A stretch of 64,000 bases of DNA from Chloroflexota bacterium. Lineage in GTDB: Bacteria > Chloroflexota > UBA11872 > VXOZ01. Below are positions 62,882-64,000 of this stretch, in pieces (position 1 is the first letter of the stretch; every line of letters begins with the position of its first letter). Made by a program: the position numbers and the translations under genes. The notes beneath the pieces are model-generated. The model made no database searches. It saw only the letters and a program-made list of their open reading frames with translations, and was not told the origin of the DNA. The stretch lies in contig CAXXVD010000003.1 of assembly GCA_963662335.2 (NCBI GenBank), positions 256,001 to 320,000 on the forward strand, given 5' to 3'.

Positions 62882-62913
62882 ACGTAGGGGCACGGCATGC
62901 CGTGCCCCTACGT
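62882..62913. repeat. Perfect 32-bp palindrome (second GTAG-type REP family)
   Basis: ACGTAGGGGCACGGCA/TGCCGTGCCCCTACGT. Confidence 0.8.
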
Positions 62914-62972
62914 GAATTGGCAGGCCAACCAACCGCCACTCTCACAGCGGGATGATTGGTCGAAGCCGCGCC

Positions 62973-64000
62973 CTATTCCTTCGGAATGAGGAGTTCGTTG
63001 ATGATGTCAGTCGCAACGCGGCCGTATTCCGCGGGGGTCAGTTCGCCGACGTCGTACGCTTGAAAGTGCGGACGCAGCGCGGCGCCGACCTCGCCCCAGG
63101 TGGGGTAGGCGTTCATGCCGTAGCTTGACGGCGGGCTGAATTTAACCTGCTCCGCGTGGGCGACGGCGTCGAACCCAATGGTCGCCTTGAGTTGCTCCGC
63201 CGGCATGTTCACCGCGGACTGCACCGCAGAAATGGTGTGGCCCATGGCCAGGGTGAACTCCGTGTTCGGCTCCGGCTCCATCATCCAGCGGTTCACCGTC
63301 CAGGTCTCATCCGGGAAGCGGCTAAAGCCGATGAGGATTGCCGGGAACCAGGAGCGGCCGGAGATGTTCTTCTCCGCGCTGAACGGCAGGGTGGCGCCGA
63401 TGGCTTCAAATTCCACCTGCCGGTAGCCGTTGGTAATAGTCATGCCCACTTTGCCGGATTCCCACAAGGCGCGCCGGCCGGTACCGGCCGCGCCCAGACC
63501 TTCGGCGTCCTCCGGCAGCGGCACCACGCGGTGCTTGAGCTTGAGGTCCACCCAATAGGCCAGCCCCTCGACGAACTTCGGATGGTCCATCACGGCAACG
63601 TTGCGCTCGTAGTCCCAGGCAATCTGGCCGAAGTACGCGCCGCGCTGGTGGCCGCGCGTGCCGTCGGAAGCCGAGACGCCGCCGTTATGCCCAAACTGCT
63701 CAGTGCCGTTTGTCATGGCCTTGGCGTATTCGAGGAACTTGTCCATACTCCAAGACGCGTCCGTGGGATCGATGGGCGGCGGCTCAAGCCCGGCATTGTC
63801 CAGCAGCGCCTTATTGAGGATCACGGCGTCGCAATTGCCGGAGCCGGGCCACCCGTACAACATTCCGCCGACGGTCCAGTGCGTCAGAGCGTTTGGCAAA
63901 AAGTGTTCCGACGGTACCAGGCCGTCGGCCTTGAAAAAGTCGTCCAAGGGCGAGAGAATCTCGCCTTCGATCAGGTCGGCAAACGAACCCCAACTGGTGC
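62973..64000 (-). CDS. ABC transporter extracellular solute-binding protein (sugar-binding family 1), 5'-truncated by the window edge
   Basis: The frame is open to the window end. Motifs GEILSPLDDF, G.LYGWP, LNKALL..AGL..P, WSMD.FLE.AK and WESGKVGM. Confidence 0.8.
   Translation of the reverse strand, partial: TSWGSFADLIEGEILSPLDDFFKADGLVPSEHFLPNALTHWTVGGMLYGWPGSGNCDAVILNKALLDNAGLEPPPIDPTDASWSMDKFLEYAKAMTNGTEQFGHNGGVSASDGTRGHQRGAYFGQIAWDYERNVAVMDHPKFVEGLAYWVDLKLKHRVVPLPEDAEGLGAAGTGRRALWESGKVGMTITNGYRQVEFEAIGATLPFSAEKNISGRSWFPAILIGFSRFPDETWTVNRWMMEPEPNTEFTLAMGHTISAVQSAVNMPAEQLKATIGFDAVAHAEQVKFSPPSSYGMNAYPTWGEVGAALRPHFQAYDVGELTPAEYGRVATDIINELLIPKE

Overview
GC-rich bacterial window. It is probably Chloroflexota and plausibly host-associated (inference from gene content, not proven). 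Left arm (1-20.7 kb): ispE 3' end, a membrane-anchored TIMP-like protein, an AT-richer island encoding a TIR/NDT-like plus P-loop ATPase protein, an acetamidase, tRNA-Val(CAC), two tandem atypical NCS2 permeases with a C-terminal extension, an MFS transporter, CorA, an orphan histidine kinase, a lipoprotein thioester protein (alpha-2-macroglobulin/TEP family) with animal-type CGEQ and C3-like HQE motifs, and a SulP-STAS transporter. Centre (21-50.6 kb): three tandem cassettes. Each has phased 10-bp repeats, a sigma70 promoter, a TAGTTT-N7-AAACTA palindrome, a long leader with a conserved structured RNA motif, a giant secreted Pro/Thr-linker, FN3, Ig-like and cadherin protein ending in a conserved ~190-aa domain, and a terminator. 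The three genes are mosaics of shared modules with divergent tip domains, and the third is frameshifted inside a PT linker. Right arm: rodZ-like gene, NagB-like protein, an AAA ATPase/DUF4276-like pair, sugar catabolism genes, a PHP-like hydrolase, a DppA peptidase, a candidate ~70-nt sRNA and a partial ABC binding protein. Several REP/MITE-like repeat families fill the intergenic spaces. No CRISPR array, integrase or transposase was seen. All family calls come from motif recognition by eye, without database searches.
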